24,541 bases of DNA from a virus (taxonomy: Duplodnaviria; Caudoviricetes): the IMG/VR virus record IMGVR_UViG_3300032233_001517, positions 1 to 24,541 of that record, one strand, 5' to 3'. The notes beneath the pieces were generated by a model that was not told where the DNA came from, searched no databases, and saw nothing but the letters and a program-made list of their open reading frames with translations. Below, in pieces: positions 1-9,859 of this stretch. Position 1 is the stretch's first letter. Each line of letters opens with the position of its first letter. The position numbers and the translations under genes were made by a program.

Positions 1-117
1 ATAACAGTCCAGGCAGGTGCTGGAACAAGTGTAGAGAATGATAGTTCAGTTATTATGACTATCAATCATCAAAGTTTTACTTATTTTTACAATGGTTCTA
101 ATTGGTTCTTAATCTAA
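1..117 (+). CDS. 3' end of an upstream gene (partial), probably a virion structural/fibre-like protein
   Basis: Frame 1 is open from base 1 (ITVQAGAGTSVENDSSVIMTINHQSFTYFYNGSNWFLI*) to TAA at 115-117, one base before the next ATG. The C-terminal 'Y-N-G-S-N-W' ending is typical of phage fibre/structural domains. Not in the ORF track. Confidence 0.65.
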   Translation: MTVQAGAGTSVENDSSVIMTINHQSFTYFYNGSNWFLI

Positions 118-118
118 T

Positions 119-2176
119 ATGTCATATAATCCTCTTCCCCAACCAGCACAATCAGTAGTTCTTACAGGTGCAGGAACATCATTAGTTACTTATGCTAATC
201 CATTTCCAGTATCTCTTGGAAGTTCAAGTATTACGATTAATGGAAGCATCACAATTCCAACAACCGTAAGTGTTGCAAGTTCTGCTGCAAATCCAGTTCA
301 TAATCATATTACCGAAGTTGGAACAAGTGATATTCTCACAACTCCATATCTTCCAGTAGGTATTGGGACTAATAATTTAAATCTTACATATCTTCCAGTT
401 GGTATTTCTTCATTACTGAATACAGTATCAATTTCTAATACTGCTTTTTATGTAACTAATCCTGTTACAACAGTCGCAGTATCAGGTATTGGTTCAACAG
501 TCACAGTTCAAGGAACAGTGGGAATTGGAACCACAGGGCAAGTATCACTCAATCTCAATAGTGCTCCCGTAAGTTCTTCTAATCCACTTCCAGTATCTGC
601 AACAATTGTAAGCACCGCATCCACAACAGCATCATTAGTCAAGTTTATTGATAAAACCAATACTCAACTTGATAGTGCAAATAGATTGCGTGTTTCACCA
701 CCATCTCAACAAAATTACTATGTTCCAACAGTAGATAAGGATGGAGATTACAAATATATTGAAAGTTTTGTAGGAACTGGATGCACCAGCACCTTTGAAC
801 AAAATCTAGCAAGTATTCGTTATACTTCTGGTATTTCTACGAATGGATACTATACCAGAGGAAGTCGTCGTAGATATAAGATGCGTCCTGGAGTATCGCA
901 TCAGTGGATTGCTGTCGTCAATTGGCAAGGAAGACAACAAAACTGCACTAAACGCAGAGGATTATTTACTACATTCAATGGTATGTTCTTTGAAGTCAGT
1001 GATGACTTGTATATCGTCACTCGTCGTAGATTATTGGATGGAACACTTGTAGAAGATAGAGTCAAAAGAACAAGTTTTAGTGAGGATACTTTAGATGGAA
1101 ATGGTGTTTCTGAATATAACTTCAATGCAGTTGGTATTGCTACAATTACTGGATTAGTTGGTGGTATTTCCACAGTTGTAGTCAGCACAGTAGGTGTTGG
1201 TGAAACTTATTATAATCAAACTTATAGTGTTGCGAATGGAATTTTGCCTATGAATGTGGGGCAAAGAGCAATTCTTACTGGTGTTGCAGATACATCATAT
1301 AATGGTGCTTATATGATAAAAGCAATTGGTGCTGGAAATACAACTGTTACTTTATCATATCCAATCAAACCATCAGGTTCTACCACAATTACAAACGGGC
1401 AATTATATCACGATTCATTTTTGAATACTCATACTTTTTGGATTGACTTTAATGGAGATAGAACTTGTAGAATACGATATGGCATTGAAAGCACAGAAGG
1501 AACATCAGTTTTACATATTGTAAATTATGGAGATACATTAGGCACTCAATTTGAAAGTGCTCCAAGTATTATGGATAGAACTGAAATCTTCAATACTGGA
1601 ATTAGTTCTTATGCTCCAAGTATGTTGGTTGGTGGAACTTCATTCAATACTGAAGCAGAAGTAGAACTCAATCCTTATTTCGCATCTGCGGTTCAAAATT
1701 CTACAACTACATTTACTACTGGTTCAGGGCAAGAAATTCCAATTCTTGGAGTTGGTATTCGCACAGGAGAACCTTATCAAAGAGCAGATGTTCAAATTCA
1801 AAAACTCAGTATGATGGATGCTGCAGCAGCAGGAAATGGAGTTGGAAATAATTATCCTGGTAGTTTTTATTGGAGATTAACACTTAATCCATCAATTACT
1901 GGAACTGGTATTGCTGCTACTACTTTGATTGGAAAGGCAACACAACAATATACTTATGGAGTTGGAAGCACAGTTACTGGTGGTATTCCTCTACTCTCTG
2001 GTTATTTTAGTGGGCAAAGTGCAGTTGATGTAGCTACTGCACTTAATTTTGTAAATATGGGTTCTAACTTAACTTATACTCTTAGTGATACGGTTGTTTT
2101 AAGTGTAAAAGAAATTACTGGTGGAAGTAATGATGGAAAAATTGTTGCTTCTATGAATATTATTGAGAACTTGTAA
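119..2176 (+). CDS. Putative virion structural protein, Thr/Gly/Ser/Val-rich, with GIGT/VGI-type repeats (685 aa)
   Basis: Long ORF in the late structural block directly before the terminase. It has beta-rich, low-charge composition and repeated NP(F/L)PVS, YLPVGI and GIG(T/S) motifs. Function is inferred from composition and position. Confidence 0.7.
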   Translation: MSYNPLPQPAQSVVLTGAGTSLVTYANPFPVSLGSSSITINGSITIPTTVSVASSAANPVHNHITEVGTSDILTTPYLPVGIGTNNLNLTYLPVGISSLLNTVSISNTAFYVTNPVTTVAVSGIGSTVTVQGTVGIGTTGQVSLNLNSAPVSSSNPLPVSATIVSTASTTASLVKFIDKTNTQLDSANRLRVSPPSQQNYYVPTVDKDGDYKYIESFVGTGCTSTFEQNLASIRYTSGISTNGYYTRGSRRRYKMRPGVSHQWIAVVNWQGRQQNCTKRRGLFTTFNGMFFEVSDDLYIVTRRRLLDGTLVEDRVKRTSFSEDTLDGNGVSEYNFNAVGIATITGLVGGISTVVVSTVGVGETYYNQTYSVANGILPMNVGQRAILTGVADTSYNGAYMIKAIGAGNTTVTLSYPIKPSGSTTITNGQLYHDSFLNTHTFWIDFNGDRTCRIRYGIESTEGTSVLHIVNYGDTLGTQFESAPSIMDRTEIFNTGISSYAPSMLVGGTSFNTEAEVELNPYFASAVQNSTTTFTTGSGQEIPILGVGIRTGEPYQRADVQIQKLSMMDAAAAGNGVGNNYPGSFYWRLTLNPSITGTGIAATTLIGKATQQYTYGVGSTVTGGIPLLSGYFSGQSAVDVATALNFVNMGSNLTYTLSDTVVLSVKEITGGSNDGKIVASMNIIENL
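345..406 (+). repeat. Short intragenic direct repeat encoding YLPVGI twice
   Basis: catatcttccagtaggtatt (345-364) vs catatcttccagttggtatt (387-406): 19/20 identical, 42 nt apart. Confidence 0.8.
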
Positions 2177-2181
2177 GAATT

Positions 2182-3882
2182 ATGGCTAGTGATAATATTT
2201 ACTTAGGTAATCCTAACCTTAAGAAGGCGAATACCTCAATTGAATTTACAGAAGATAATATTATTGAGTTCTTAAAGTGCAAAGAGGATCCAGTATATTT
2301 TGCCGAAAACTATGTAAAAATCGTTAACGTTGATAGAGGATTAATTCCTTTTGACATGTATGAGTTTCAAAAGAAACTCATTACAAATTTCCACAAGAAC
2401 AGATTTAATATTTGTAAGATGCCTCGTCAGACAGGTAAATCAACAACTGTTGTATCTTATCTTCTTCATTATGCAATTTTTAACGATAACGTAAATATTG
2501 GTATTCTTGCAAACAAAGCATCAACTGCAAGAGAACTCTTAGAGCGTCTTCAGATTGCTTATGAGAACTTACCTAAATGGATGCAACAGGGTATTCTTTC
2601 TTGGAACAAAGGAAGCTTGATGCTTGAAAATGGTTCCAAAATTATCGCAGCATCTACTTCTGCTTCTGCGGTTCGTGGTATGTCTTTTAATATTGTATTC
2701 TTGGACGAATTTGCGTTTATTCCAAACAATATTGCAGATCAGTTCTTTGCGTCTGTTTATCCTACAATTTCTTCTGGTAAATCCACCAAAGTCATTATTG
2801 TATCTACGCCTCATGGTATGAATCACTTCTACCGCATGTGGCATGATGCTGAACGTGGTAAGAATGAATATGTACCTACTGATGTTCATTGGACAGAAGT
2901 ACCCGGTAGGGATGATAAGTGGAAGGCACAGACAATTGCAAACACAAGCGAACAACAGTTCCGTGTTGAGTTTGAATGCGAATTCTTAGGATCGGTTGAT
3001 ACTTTAATTTCAGTAACAAAACTCAGAAATCTTGTTTACGATGATCCAATCAAGAGAAATAAAGGTTTAGATATTTACGAAGATCCAAAAGGAGATAATA
3101 ACTATCTAATTACCGTAGACGTTGCAAGAGGAATTGATAAAGATTATTCTGCCTTCATTGTTTATGATATCACCAGCTTTCCTTATCGGGTAGTAGCAAA
3201 ATATAGGAATAATGAGATTAAACCGATGCTTTTTCCAAGTATCATTCAGCAAGTAGCATTAGCATATAATAATCCTTGGTTACTTGTAGAAGTCAATGAT
3301 ATTGGAGATCAGGTAGCAACTATTCTACATTTTGATTTGGAGTACGATAATATCCTAATGTGCTCTATGAGAGGAAGAGCAGGGCAAGTTGTTGGTTCTG
3401 GATTCTCTGGTAAAAAATCTCAACTTGGTGTAAGAATGACTGCCGCAGTTAAAAAACTTGGCTGTTCAAATCTTAAGACAATTCTTGAAGATGATAAGTT
3501 AATTGTAACTGATTATGATATTATTTCTGAACTTACTACTTTTATTCAAAAGCATAATTCTTTTGAGGCAGAAGAAGGTTGTAATGATGACTTAGCGATG
3601 TGTCTTGTTATCTTTGCTTGGTTAGTTGCTCAACCTTATTTTAAGGAGATGACTAACGATGACGTTAGGAAGAGAATATATGAAGATCAAGAGGAGCAAA
3701 TTGAAGCAGATATGGCTCCATTTGGATTTGTTTCTGATGGATTAGATGATTATGAAGTGGAAGTAGAATTAGCAACTGGTGATCGCTGGATGATGGTTGG
3801 TAAAGATAATCAAAATGAATTTTATGAAAATTGGAACGTAGACGAGTATGGTGATCGCTCTCACATGTGGGAGTATCGCTAA
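2182..3882 (+). CDS. gp17: Terminase large subunit (T4 gp17-like)
   Basis: N-terminal YLGNPNLK, Walker A MPRQTGKST, Walker B VFLDEFAF, coupling motif STPHG, nuclease acidic motifs VDVARG and DDLAM. It lies upstream of the sheath gene. Confidence 0.97.
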   Translation: MASDNIYLGNPNLKKANTSIEFTEDNIIEFLKCKEDPVYFAENYVKIVNVDRGLIPFDMYEFQKKLITNFHKNRFNICKMPRQTGKSTTVVSYLLHYAIFNDNVNIGILANKASTARELLERLQIAYENLPKWMQQGILSWNKGSLMLENGSKIIAASTSASAVRGMSFNIVFLDEFAFIPNNIADQFFASVYPTISSGKSTKVIIVSTPHGMNHFYRMWHDAERGKNEYVPTDVHWTEVPGRDDKWKAQTIANTSEQQFRVEFECEFLGSVDTLISVTKLRNLVYDDPIKRNKGLDIYEDPKGDNNYLITVDVARGIDKDYSAFIVYDITSFPYRVVAKYRNNEIKPMLFPSIIQQVALAYNNPWLLVEVNDIGDQVATILHFDLEYDNILMCSMRGRAGQVVGSGFSGKKSQLGVRMTAAVKKLGCSNLKTILEDDKLIVTDYDIISELTTFIQKHNSFEAEEGCNDDLAMCLVIFAWLVAQPYFKEMTNDDVRKRIYEDQEEQIEADMAPFGFVSDGLDDYEVEVELATGDRWMMVGKDNQNEFYENWNVDEYGDRSHMWEYR

Positions 3883-3895
3883 AGGACTAGGAATT

Positions 3896-3903
3896 TATAA
3901 ATA
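3896..3903 (+). promoter_or_regulatory. T4-type late promoter (TATAAATA) for gp18
   Basis: Exact TATAAATA in the intergenic gap, followed by a GAGGA SD before the ATG at 3940. Confidence 0.85.
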
Positions 3904-3939
3904 CTTTTAGAATAATTCTGGAATTGTAGAGGAATACAG

Positions 3940-6090
3940 ATGGCGCTAAATTTAGCATCTCCTGGAATTGTAGTAAAAGAAATTGATTTAACAAGAGGAG
4001 GCATAGCCCCAACAACTACAGGAGTTGGAGCTATTGTTGCACCTTTTGCGAAGGGACCAACAGATGTTCCAACTTTAGTTGGAAGTGAAAATGATTTACT
4101 AAACATTTTTGGGCAACCCTATAGTGTAGATAAGCACTATGAGCATTGGATGACTGCAGCATCGTATCTTGCATACGGTGGATCATTGCAAGTTGTAAGA
4201 GCAGATGATGCAGATCTTAAAAATGCTTTTGTAGGATCAGCATCAAGCATTAAGATTAAGAGTTTAACCGATTATACAAATCTTGGTTATGATACAAATA
4301 CAATTACTGGAGTAACTGTAGCTGCTAATAATCCAGGATCATGGGCTAATGGAGTAAAAGTTGCAGTAATTGACGCTAAGGCAGATCAAATCCTCGGAAT
4401 TACTACAACTAGTATTGCAGTTGGGTATGGAGTTACGCAAGCACTTAGTGGATTTGCTCCTGGGGTTGGTTCAAGTACAGTATTAAGTGGATATTTGAAG
4501 GGAATTGTTACTGAAATTGGTTCTGGAACCATCTCAGTCAAAGTTCTTGCACAAGTTTCAACCGCAGGTACAGTAACAAATACTGATTATCAACCATCAG
4601 GAACTTACGCATTTAATACATCATCAGCTTTATCTGTTCTCAATAACAGTGCAGTTGGTGTTGCTACAACTACACCAACATCTTCGGTTGACTGGTACAA
4701 TCAACAAACTATCACTTTAACAAATTCCACAATTTCTTGGAATACTATTGCTGCTCGTCCAGCAACTTCTTCATTCGCTGCTGCTAGGGGATCAAGATTT
4801 GATGAATTAAACATTGTAGTAATTGATGATGCTGGTTCGATTACAGGAAATGCAGGAACAATTCTTGAGAAGCATCTCAGAGTTTGCAAAGGAATTGATG
4901 CTCAATTCTCGGTAGGTTCCCCATCTTATTGGAGAAGCTATCTTGCAACAAATTCAGCATACATCTTTGGTGGTGGTGCTCCAGCAGGAATTACGACTAC
5001 CGGATTCTCATCTGGATATACTTTAGCTACTACTGGTGGTTGGGATAAAGATACTAATGGTATCACATTTGCTGCTGCTGGTTCGAATACATATACTCTT
5101 GCAGGTGGTTTAGATTATAACGGTACTGCTGGAATATCATCTTCAGTATCTGGATCTTTAACAGCTAGCCTTTCTAATCTAACTTCAGGTTATCAACAAT
5201 TCCTCAATAGTGAACTTTATCAAGTTAATTTCTTATTGATGGGTTCTGCAAATTATGATCAAACATCTGCACAATCACTTGCATCCCAATTGATCGCAGT
5301 TGCCGAGGAAAGAAAGGATGCTGTTGCATTCATTTCTCCATATAGACAGGCGTTCTTAAACGATACTTCTACTGGATCAGTAACGGTAAATTCTGATGCT
5401 ACGATTACGAGCAATCTGATTGCTTATCAAGCATCAATTCCATCTTCGTCTTATGCGGTACTTGATAGTACATACAAATACATGTACGATAGATACTCAA
5501 ATACCTTTAGATATATTCCAGTAAATGGAGATATTGCAGGTCTTTGTGCTCGTAATGATGCAAATAACTTCCCCTGGTATTCACCAGCAGGAACTTCAAG
5601 AGGTGCTATTCTAAATGCTGTTAAGTTAGCATATAATCCAAATCAGTCACAAAGAGATCTCCTTTATACAAATAGAATTAATCCAATCATCTTCTCCCCA
5701 GGTGCTGGAATTATTCTCTTTGGAGATAAAACTGCTCTTGGTTATGTATCAGCATTTGATAGAATTAACGTTCGTAGATTGTTCATCTATTTGGAAAAAG
5801 TAATTTCCAAAGCTGCAAAAGATAAGCTGTTTGAATTCAACGATGAAATCACAAGAACTGATTTTGTGAATATCGTTGAGCCTTTCTTACGTGATGTTCA
5901 AGCAAAGAGAGGTATTTACGATTTCATTGTAATTTGCGATAAGACGAATAATACGGCTGCAGTAATTGATTCAAATGAATTTGTTGCTGATATATACATT
6001 AAGCCAGCAAGATCAATCAACTACGTCGGTCTTACTTTTGTTGCCACCAGAACTGGTGTTGCATTCAGCGAAGTAATCGGTCAATTCTAA
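3940..6090 (+). CDS. gp18: Contractile tail sheath protein (gp18)
   Basis: N-terminal LASPGIVVKEIDLT, FAKGP, WYSPAG, C-terminal FDRINVRRLF and LFEFND..TR, YIKPARSINY. Canonical gp17-18-19-20 order. Confidence 0.97.
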   Translation: MALNLASPGIVVKEIDLTRGGIAPTTTGVGAIVAPFAKGPTDVPTLVGSENDLLNIFGQPYSVDKHYEHWMTAASYLAYGGSLQVVRADDADLKNAFVGSASSIKIKSLTDYTNLGYDTNTITGVTVAANNPGSWANGVKVAVIDAKADQILGITTTSIAVGYGVTQALSGFAPGVGSSTVLSGYLKGIVTEIGSGTISVKVLAQVSTAGTVTNTDYQPSGTYAFNTSSALSVLNNSAVGVATTTPTSSVDWYNQQTITLTNSTISWNTIAARPATSSFAAARGSRFDELNIVVIDDAGSITGNAGTILEKHLRVCKGIDAQFSVGSPSYWRSYLATNSAYIFGGGAPAGITTTGFSSGYTLATTGGWDKDTNGITFAAAGSNTYTLAGGLDYNGTAGISSSVSGSLTASLSNLTSGYQQFLNSELYQVNFLLMGSANYDQTSAQSLASQLIAVAEERKDAVAFISPYRQAFLNDTSTGSVTVNSDATITSNLIAYQASIPSSSYAVLDSTYKYMYDRYSNTFRYIPVNGDIAGLCARNDANNFPWYSPAGTSRGAILNAVKLAYNPNQSQRDLLYTNRINPIIFSPGAGIILFGDKTALGYVSAFDRINVRRLFIYLEKVISKAAKDKLFEFNDEITRTDFVNIVEPFLRDVQAKRGIYDFIVICDKTNNTAAVIDSNEFVADIYIKPARSINYVGLTFVATRTGVAFSEVIGQF

Positions 6091-6111
6091 TTAACTAGAG
6101 GTTAAAAACAG

Positions 6112-6705
6112 ATGTCAACTTACAATCAACTTAATCCACCCCCTTTGAGAAAGATTACTGACTTTAAAAGTAAGTTAACTGGTGGTGGCACCAGACCTAA
6201 CCTCTTTGAAGTTGTTCTTTCTTTCCCAACTTCTGCCCCTACCGATACTAATACTCTAGATAAATCAAGATTCTTAGTTAAGGCAGCAGCTTTACCTCCT
6301 TCACAAATTGGACCAATTAACGTCCCATTCCGTGGAAGAATTTTAAAAGTTGCTGGAGACAGAACGTTTGAAACCTGGACGGTTACCGTTATTAACGACA
6401 CTGATTTTGCAATTCGTTCTGCTTTAGAAGTTTGGATGAATTCAATCAATCGCCTTTCTGATAATACTGGAGTAACTGATCCAGCACTTTATCAGGCAGA
6501 TGCTTTTGTTTATCAGTTAGATCGTGATGGCTCTACATTAAGAGCATATCACATGTATGATCTGTTCCCAACTTCAATTTCGGCAATTCCCCTTTCTTAC
6601 GAAACTACAGATAACATTGAAGAGTTTACTTGTGAATTCCAAGTTCTCTGGTGGGAAGCTATTAAGGGTGATGGTGCTGCTGCAGGCGGCTCTGATGTGA
6701 ACTGA
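6112..6705 (+). CDS. gp19: Tail tube protein (gp19)
   Basis: GGGTRPNLFEV, VPFRGRILKVAGDRTFETWTVTVIND, IEEF motifs; follows the sheath gene. Confidence 0.96.
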   Translation: MSTYNQLNPPPLRKITDFKSKLTGGGTRPNLFEVVLSFPTSAPTDTNTLDKSRFLVKAAALPPSQIGPINVPFRGRILKVAGDRTFETWTVTVINDTDFAIRSALEVWMNSINRLSDNTGVTDPALYQADAFVYQLDRDGSTLRAYHMYDLFPTSISAIPLSYETTDNIEEFTCEFQVLWWEAIKGDGAAAGGSDVN

Positions 6706-6711
6706 TAAATA
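6704..6711 (+). promoter_or_regulatory. Late promoter variant (GATAAATA) for gp20
   Basis: nATAAATA overlapping the gp19 stop, about 25 nt upstream of the gp20 ATG. Confidence 0.7.
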
Positions 6712-6735
6712 GGTAAAACAAGACAATATTATAAA

Positions 6736-8418
6736 ATGGCGGCAACAAAACTTTTTGGGTTTTCAATTGATGATAGTGATGATAGGTTAAAATCTAAATC
6801 CGTTATTTCCCCCGTTCCTCCTAATAATGAGGACGGGGTTGATAATTTTATTAGCGGTGGATTTTATGGACAATATGTTGATATTGAAGGTATCTATAGA
6901 ACAGAATTTGATCTGATCAAAAGATATCGTGAAATGGTTTTGCATCCAGAATGTGATAATGCCGTAGAAGATGTTGTAAATGAAGCCATTGTAAGTGATC
7001 TTTACGATTCTCCAATTGAAATTGAATTATCAAATTTAAATGCTAGTGATAAGTTAAAGAGCACAATAAGAAAGGAATTTAAATATTTAAAAGAAATCAT
7101 GGACTTTGATAAAAAAGCCCATGAAATTTTTAGGAATTGGTATACTGACGGAAGATTATATTACTTAAAAGTCATTGATGTTGATAGACCTCAAGATGGG
7201 ATCATGGATCTGAGGTATATTGATCCAATGAAGATGAGGTATGTTCGCCAAGAGAAGCAACAAAAAAATAAAGAGCTATTCAATTATAACAAAGTAGGAG
7301 AAAATCAAAAGATTTTCAATCCAGAAATTGAAGAATTTTTCTTATATACTCCATCAGCAGCATATCCTTCAGGAATGCTGGCTGGTGGTGGTGCTCAAAA
7401 AGCTGTTAAAATTGCAAAAGATTCAGTTACTTATTGCACTTCCGGTCTTGTGGATAGGAATAAAGGAACAGTTCTTTCTTATCTTCATAAAGCAATTAAA
7501 GCACTCAATCAATTGAGGATGATTGAAGATTCTCTTGTAATCTATCGTCTTTCTCGTGCTCCAGAACGTAGAATTTTTTATATTGATGTTGGCAATCTTC
7601 CTAAGATCAAGGCAGAGCAATATCTGAAAGAAACTATGTCTCGTTATAGAAATAAACTTATCTATGATGGATCAACTGGTGAAGTTCGTGATGATCGTAA
7701 GTTCATGAGTATGATGGAAGATTTCTGGCTTCCTCGCCGTGAAGGTGGTAGAGGAACAGAAATTACCACTCTTCCTGGTGGACAAAATCTTGGAGAACTT
7801 CAAGATATTGAATATTTCCAAAAGAAACTCTATAGAGCATTGAATGTTCCAGAATCCAGAATTGCAAGCGATGGTGGATTTAACTTAGGGCGTTCATCTG
7901 AAATTCTGAGAGATGAACTTAAATTTACCAAATTTGTAGGAAGGCTAAGAAAAAGATTTGCAAATATGTTTACGGATATGCTCCGTACTCAATTAATTCT
8001 TAAGAACATTGTAAGTCCAGAAGATTGGACAATCATGTCTGATCACATTCAGTATGATTTCCTTTATGATAATCATTTTGCAGAATTAAAAGAATCTGAA
8101 CTTCTAACTAATAGATTAACTAATCTTGCACAAATTGAACCTTATATTGGTAAATTCTATTCAAATGAATATGTAAGAAGAAAAGTTCTTCGTCAGACAG
8201 ATTCTGAAATCATTGAAATTGATGATCAAATTAGAGATGAAATTGAAAAAGGCATTATTCCAAATCCTGCAACAATTGATCCTATTACAGGAGAACCATT
8301 ACCAGCACAAGAAGTTCCAGCAACTGCAGATCAAAATCTTTTAGGAAATGTCCCCCAAGAACCTGGAATTGATGGAGCAGCAACTCAAGTTCCAGAACCC
8401 AATAATCCACAGATATAA
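6736..8418 (+). CDS. gp20: Portal vertex protein (gp20)
   Basis: LFGFSI start, IYRLSRAPERRIFYIDVGNLP, EDFWLPRREGGRGTEITTLPGGQNLG, ILRDELKF hallmark motifs. Confidence 0.98.
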   Translation: MAATKLFGFSIDDSDDRLKSKSVISPVPPNNEDGVDNFISGGFYGQYVDIEGIYRTEFDLIKRYREMVLHPECDNAVEDVVNEAIVSDLYDSPIEIELSNLNASDKLKSTIRKEFKYLKEIMDFDKKAHEIFRNWYTDGRLYYLKVIDVDRPQDGIMDLRYIDPMKMRYVRQEKQQKNKELFNYNKVGENQKIFNPEIEEFFLYTPSAAYPSGMLAGGGAQKAVKIAKDSVTYCTSGLVDRNKGTVLSYLHKAIKALNQLRMIEDSLVIYRLSRAPERRIFYIDVGNLPKIKAEQYLKETMSRYRNKLIYDGSTGEVRDDRKFMSMMEDFWLPRREGGRGTEITTLPGGQNLGELQDIEYFQKKLYRALNVPESRIASDGGFNLGRSSEILRDELKFTKFVGRLRKRFANMFTDMLRTQLILKNIVSPEDWTIMSDHIQYDFLYDNHFAELKESELLTNRLTNLAQIEPYIGKFYSNEYVRRKVLRQTDSEIIEIDDQIRDEIEKGIIPNPATIDPITGEPLPAQEVPATADQNLLGNVPQEPGIDGAATQVPEPNNPQI

Positions 8419-8421
8419 ATA
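8414..8421 (+). promoter_or_regulatory. T4-type late promoter (TATAAATA) overlapping the gp20 stop codon
   Basis: Exact TATAAATA containing the gp20 TAA, 28 nt before the ATG at 8450. Confidence 0.8.
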
Positions 8422-8449
8422 GTTTCTAGCACATTTATATCAAAATCTC

Positions 8450-8617
8450 ATGGAAGATCTTATCGATTTGATTGCAACTGATTCATCAGCATCTGATATT
8501 ACAGATACGATTAAAAACATTCTTTATACTAAAGCAGCAGAAAGAATTGATTCTGCTCGTCCTTCAGTTGCTACATCTATGTTTGGTAATGAACCATCAT
8601 ACGAGGATCAAGAATAA
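8450..8617 (+). CDS. Small acidic protein (55 aa), positional equivalent of T4 prohead core gp67
   Basis: Hand-translated MEDLIDLIATDSSASDITDTIKNILYTKAAERIDSARPSVATSMFGNEPSYEDQE*. It fills the gap, has its own late promoter, and has a TAATG stop/start overlap with the next gene. Not in the ORF track. Confidence 0.8.
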   Translation: MEDLIDLIATDSSASDITDTIKNILYTKAAERIDSARPSVATSMFGNEPSYEDQE

Positions 8618-9165
8618 TGACAGTACATAAACCCGTTGGTCTTGGTAGTTCCATTACAATTACTTCTGGGGCTGCAACAACTTCATCTACATTATCAGTT
8701 CAATCAAAAGCACTGAGAGTTGTAGCAACTGCTGGAGCCTTTGTTGCAATTGGAACAAATCCAACAGCATCAGCAACAGATTATTATGTTCCGGCAACAG
8801 GAACTGCAGTTCTTGCATTAAGTCCAGCATCACAAAGAGTTTCTGGAATTACTACAGGAGCTACAACCATACTTGATTTTCCATCAGGAACTGGATCTCC
8901 ATTCGTAGTTGGAGATTATGTATCTTTAACTTCTGTCGGGCAGCCATATTATAATTTTACTCACCAACCTGTTACAGCAGTTGATGCAACAAGTGGAGTT
9001 GCTGGATACTATTCTACTAGAGTTAGTATCGGAACAAATACTACAGGAATTGTAACCGCATTTAATACAGATGGAGATTTGAGAAAATCTATAAAAATTT
9101 CTGCATACGGAACCGGAGCAGGAGCTTTATATTATCAACAAGTTCAAATCGCTGGAGACGCATAA
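8617..9165 (+). CDS. Putative virion structural protein between gp20 and gp21 (182 aa)
   Basis: Thr/Gly/Ala-rich beta-type composition, translationally coupled within the head gene cluster. Confidence 0.7.
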   Translation: MTVHKPVGLGSSITITSGAATTSSTLSVQSKALRVVATAGAFVAIGTNPTASATDYYVPATGTAVLALSPASQRVSGITTGATTILDFPSGTGSPFVVGDYVSLTSVGQPYYNFTHQPVTAVDATSGVAGYYSTRVSIGTNTTGIVTAFNTDGDLRKSIKISAYGTGAGALYYQQVQIAGDA

Positions 9166-9169
9166 ACAA

Positions 9170-9820
9170 ATGAAACTAATTACCGAAGAAGTTCAAAAGG
9201 TTAAGTTCATTGTAGAAGGATCTGGTGCTTCCAAGAAAATGTATATTGAAGGTATTTTCCTTCAAGGAGACATTTGCAATCGCAATGGAAGAATGTATCC
9301 AATGAAAACTTTGGCGAGAGAAGTCAATCGTTACAACGAATCGTTTGTAAATAAAGGACGTGCTCTTGGAGAACTTGGACATCCTGATGGTCCTACCGTT
9401 AATCTTGATCGTGTTTCCCATAAAATTGTTTCCCTTGAACAAAGAGGAAGCAATTTTATTGGTAAGGCACAACTTCTTGAAACTCCAATGGGTAAGATTG
9501 CAAAATCTCTCATTAGTGAGGGAGTTATGCTTGGCGTTTCTTCTCGTGGTGTTGGATCACTTTCAATGACTACCGAAGGACACAAAATCGTTGGTGAAGA
9601 TTTCATGCTTGCAACTGCAGCAGATATCGTTGCCGATCCTTCTGCTCCTGATGCTTTTGTTCAGGGAATTATGGAAGGTAAAGAGTGGGTTTGGGATGGT
9701 GGAATTCTTCGTGAGCAGGCTGCTCAGAAGGCTCAAAGAAGAATTAATACTCTAGTCGATCAAAAAATACTAGAAGAACATAAAATTAAATTGTTTAATG
9801 ATTTTATCTCAAATCTATAA
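9170..9820 (+). CDS. gp21: Prohead core protease (gp21)
   Basis: MKLITE start, YIEGIFLQ, NRNGRMYP, ALGELGHP (catalytic His), GVSSRGVGS (catalytic Ser), DIVADPSAPDA. Confidence 0.97.
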   Translation: MKLITEEVQKVKFIVEGSGASKKMYIEGIFLQGDICNRNGRMYPMKTLAREVNRYNESFVNKGRALGELGHPDGPTVNLDRVSHKIVSLEQRGSNFIGKAQLLETPMGKIAKSLISEGVMLGVSSRGVGSLSMTTEGHKIVGEDFMLATAADIVADPSAPDAFVQGIMEGKEWVWDGGILREQAAQKAQRRINTLVDQKILEEHKIKLFNDFISNL

Positions 9821-9822
9821 AT

Positions 9823-9830
9823 TATAAATA
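9823..9830 (+). promoter_or_regulatory. T4-type late promoter (TATAAATA) for gp22/gp23
   Basis: Exact TATAAATA just after the gp21 stop, 29 nt before the ATG at 9860. Confidence 0.85.
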
Positions 9831-9859
9831 AATATAGATTAAATACAAAAGATCTAAAA

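Noticed and set aside
6091-6105. TTAAC-TAGAG-GTTAA mini-hairpin over the gp19 SD
   Set aside because: A 5-bp AT-rich stem is likely unstable and expected by chance.
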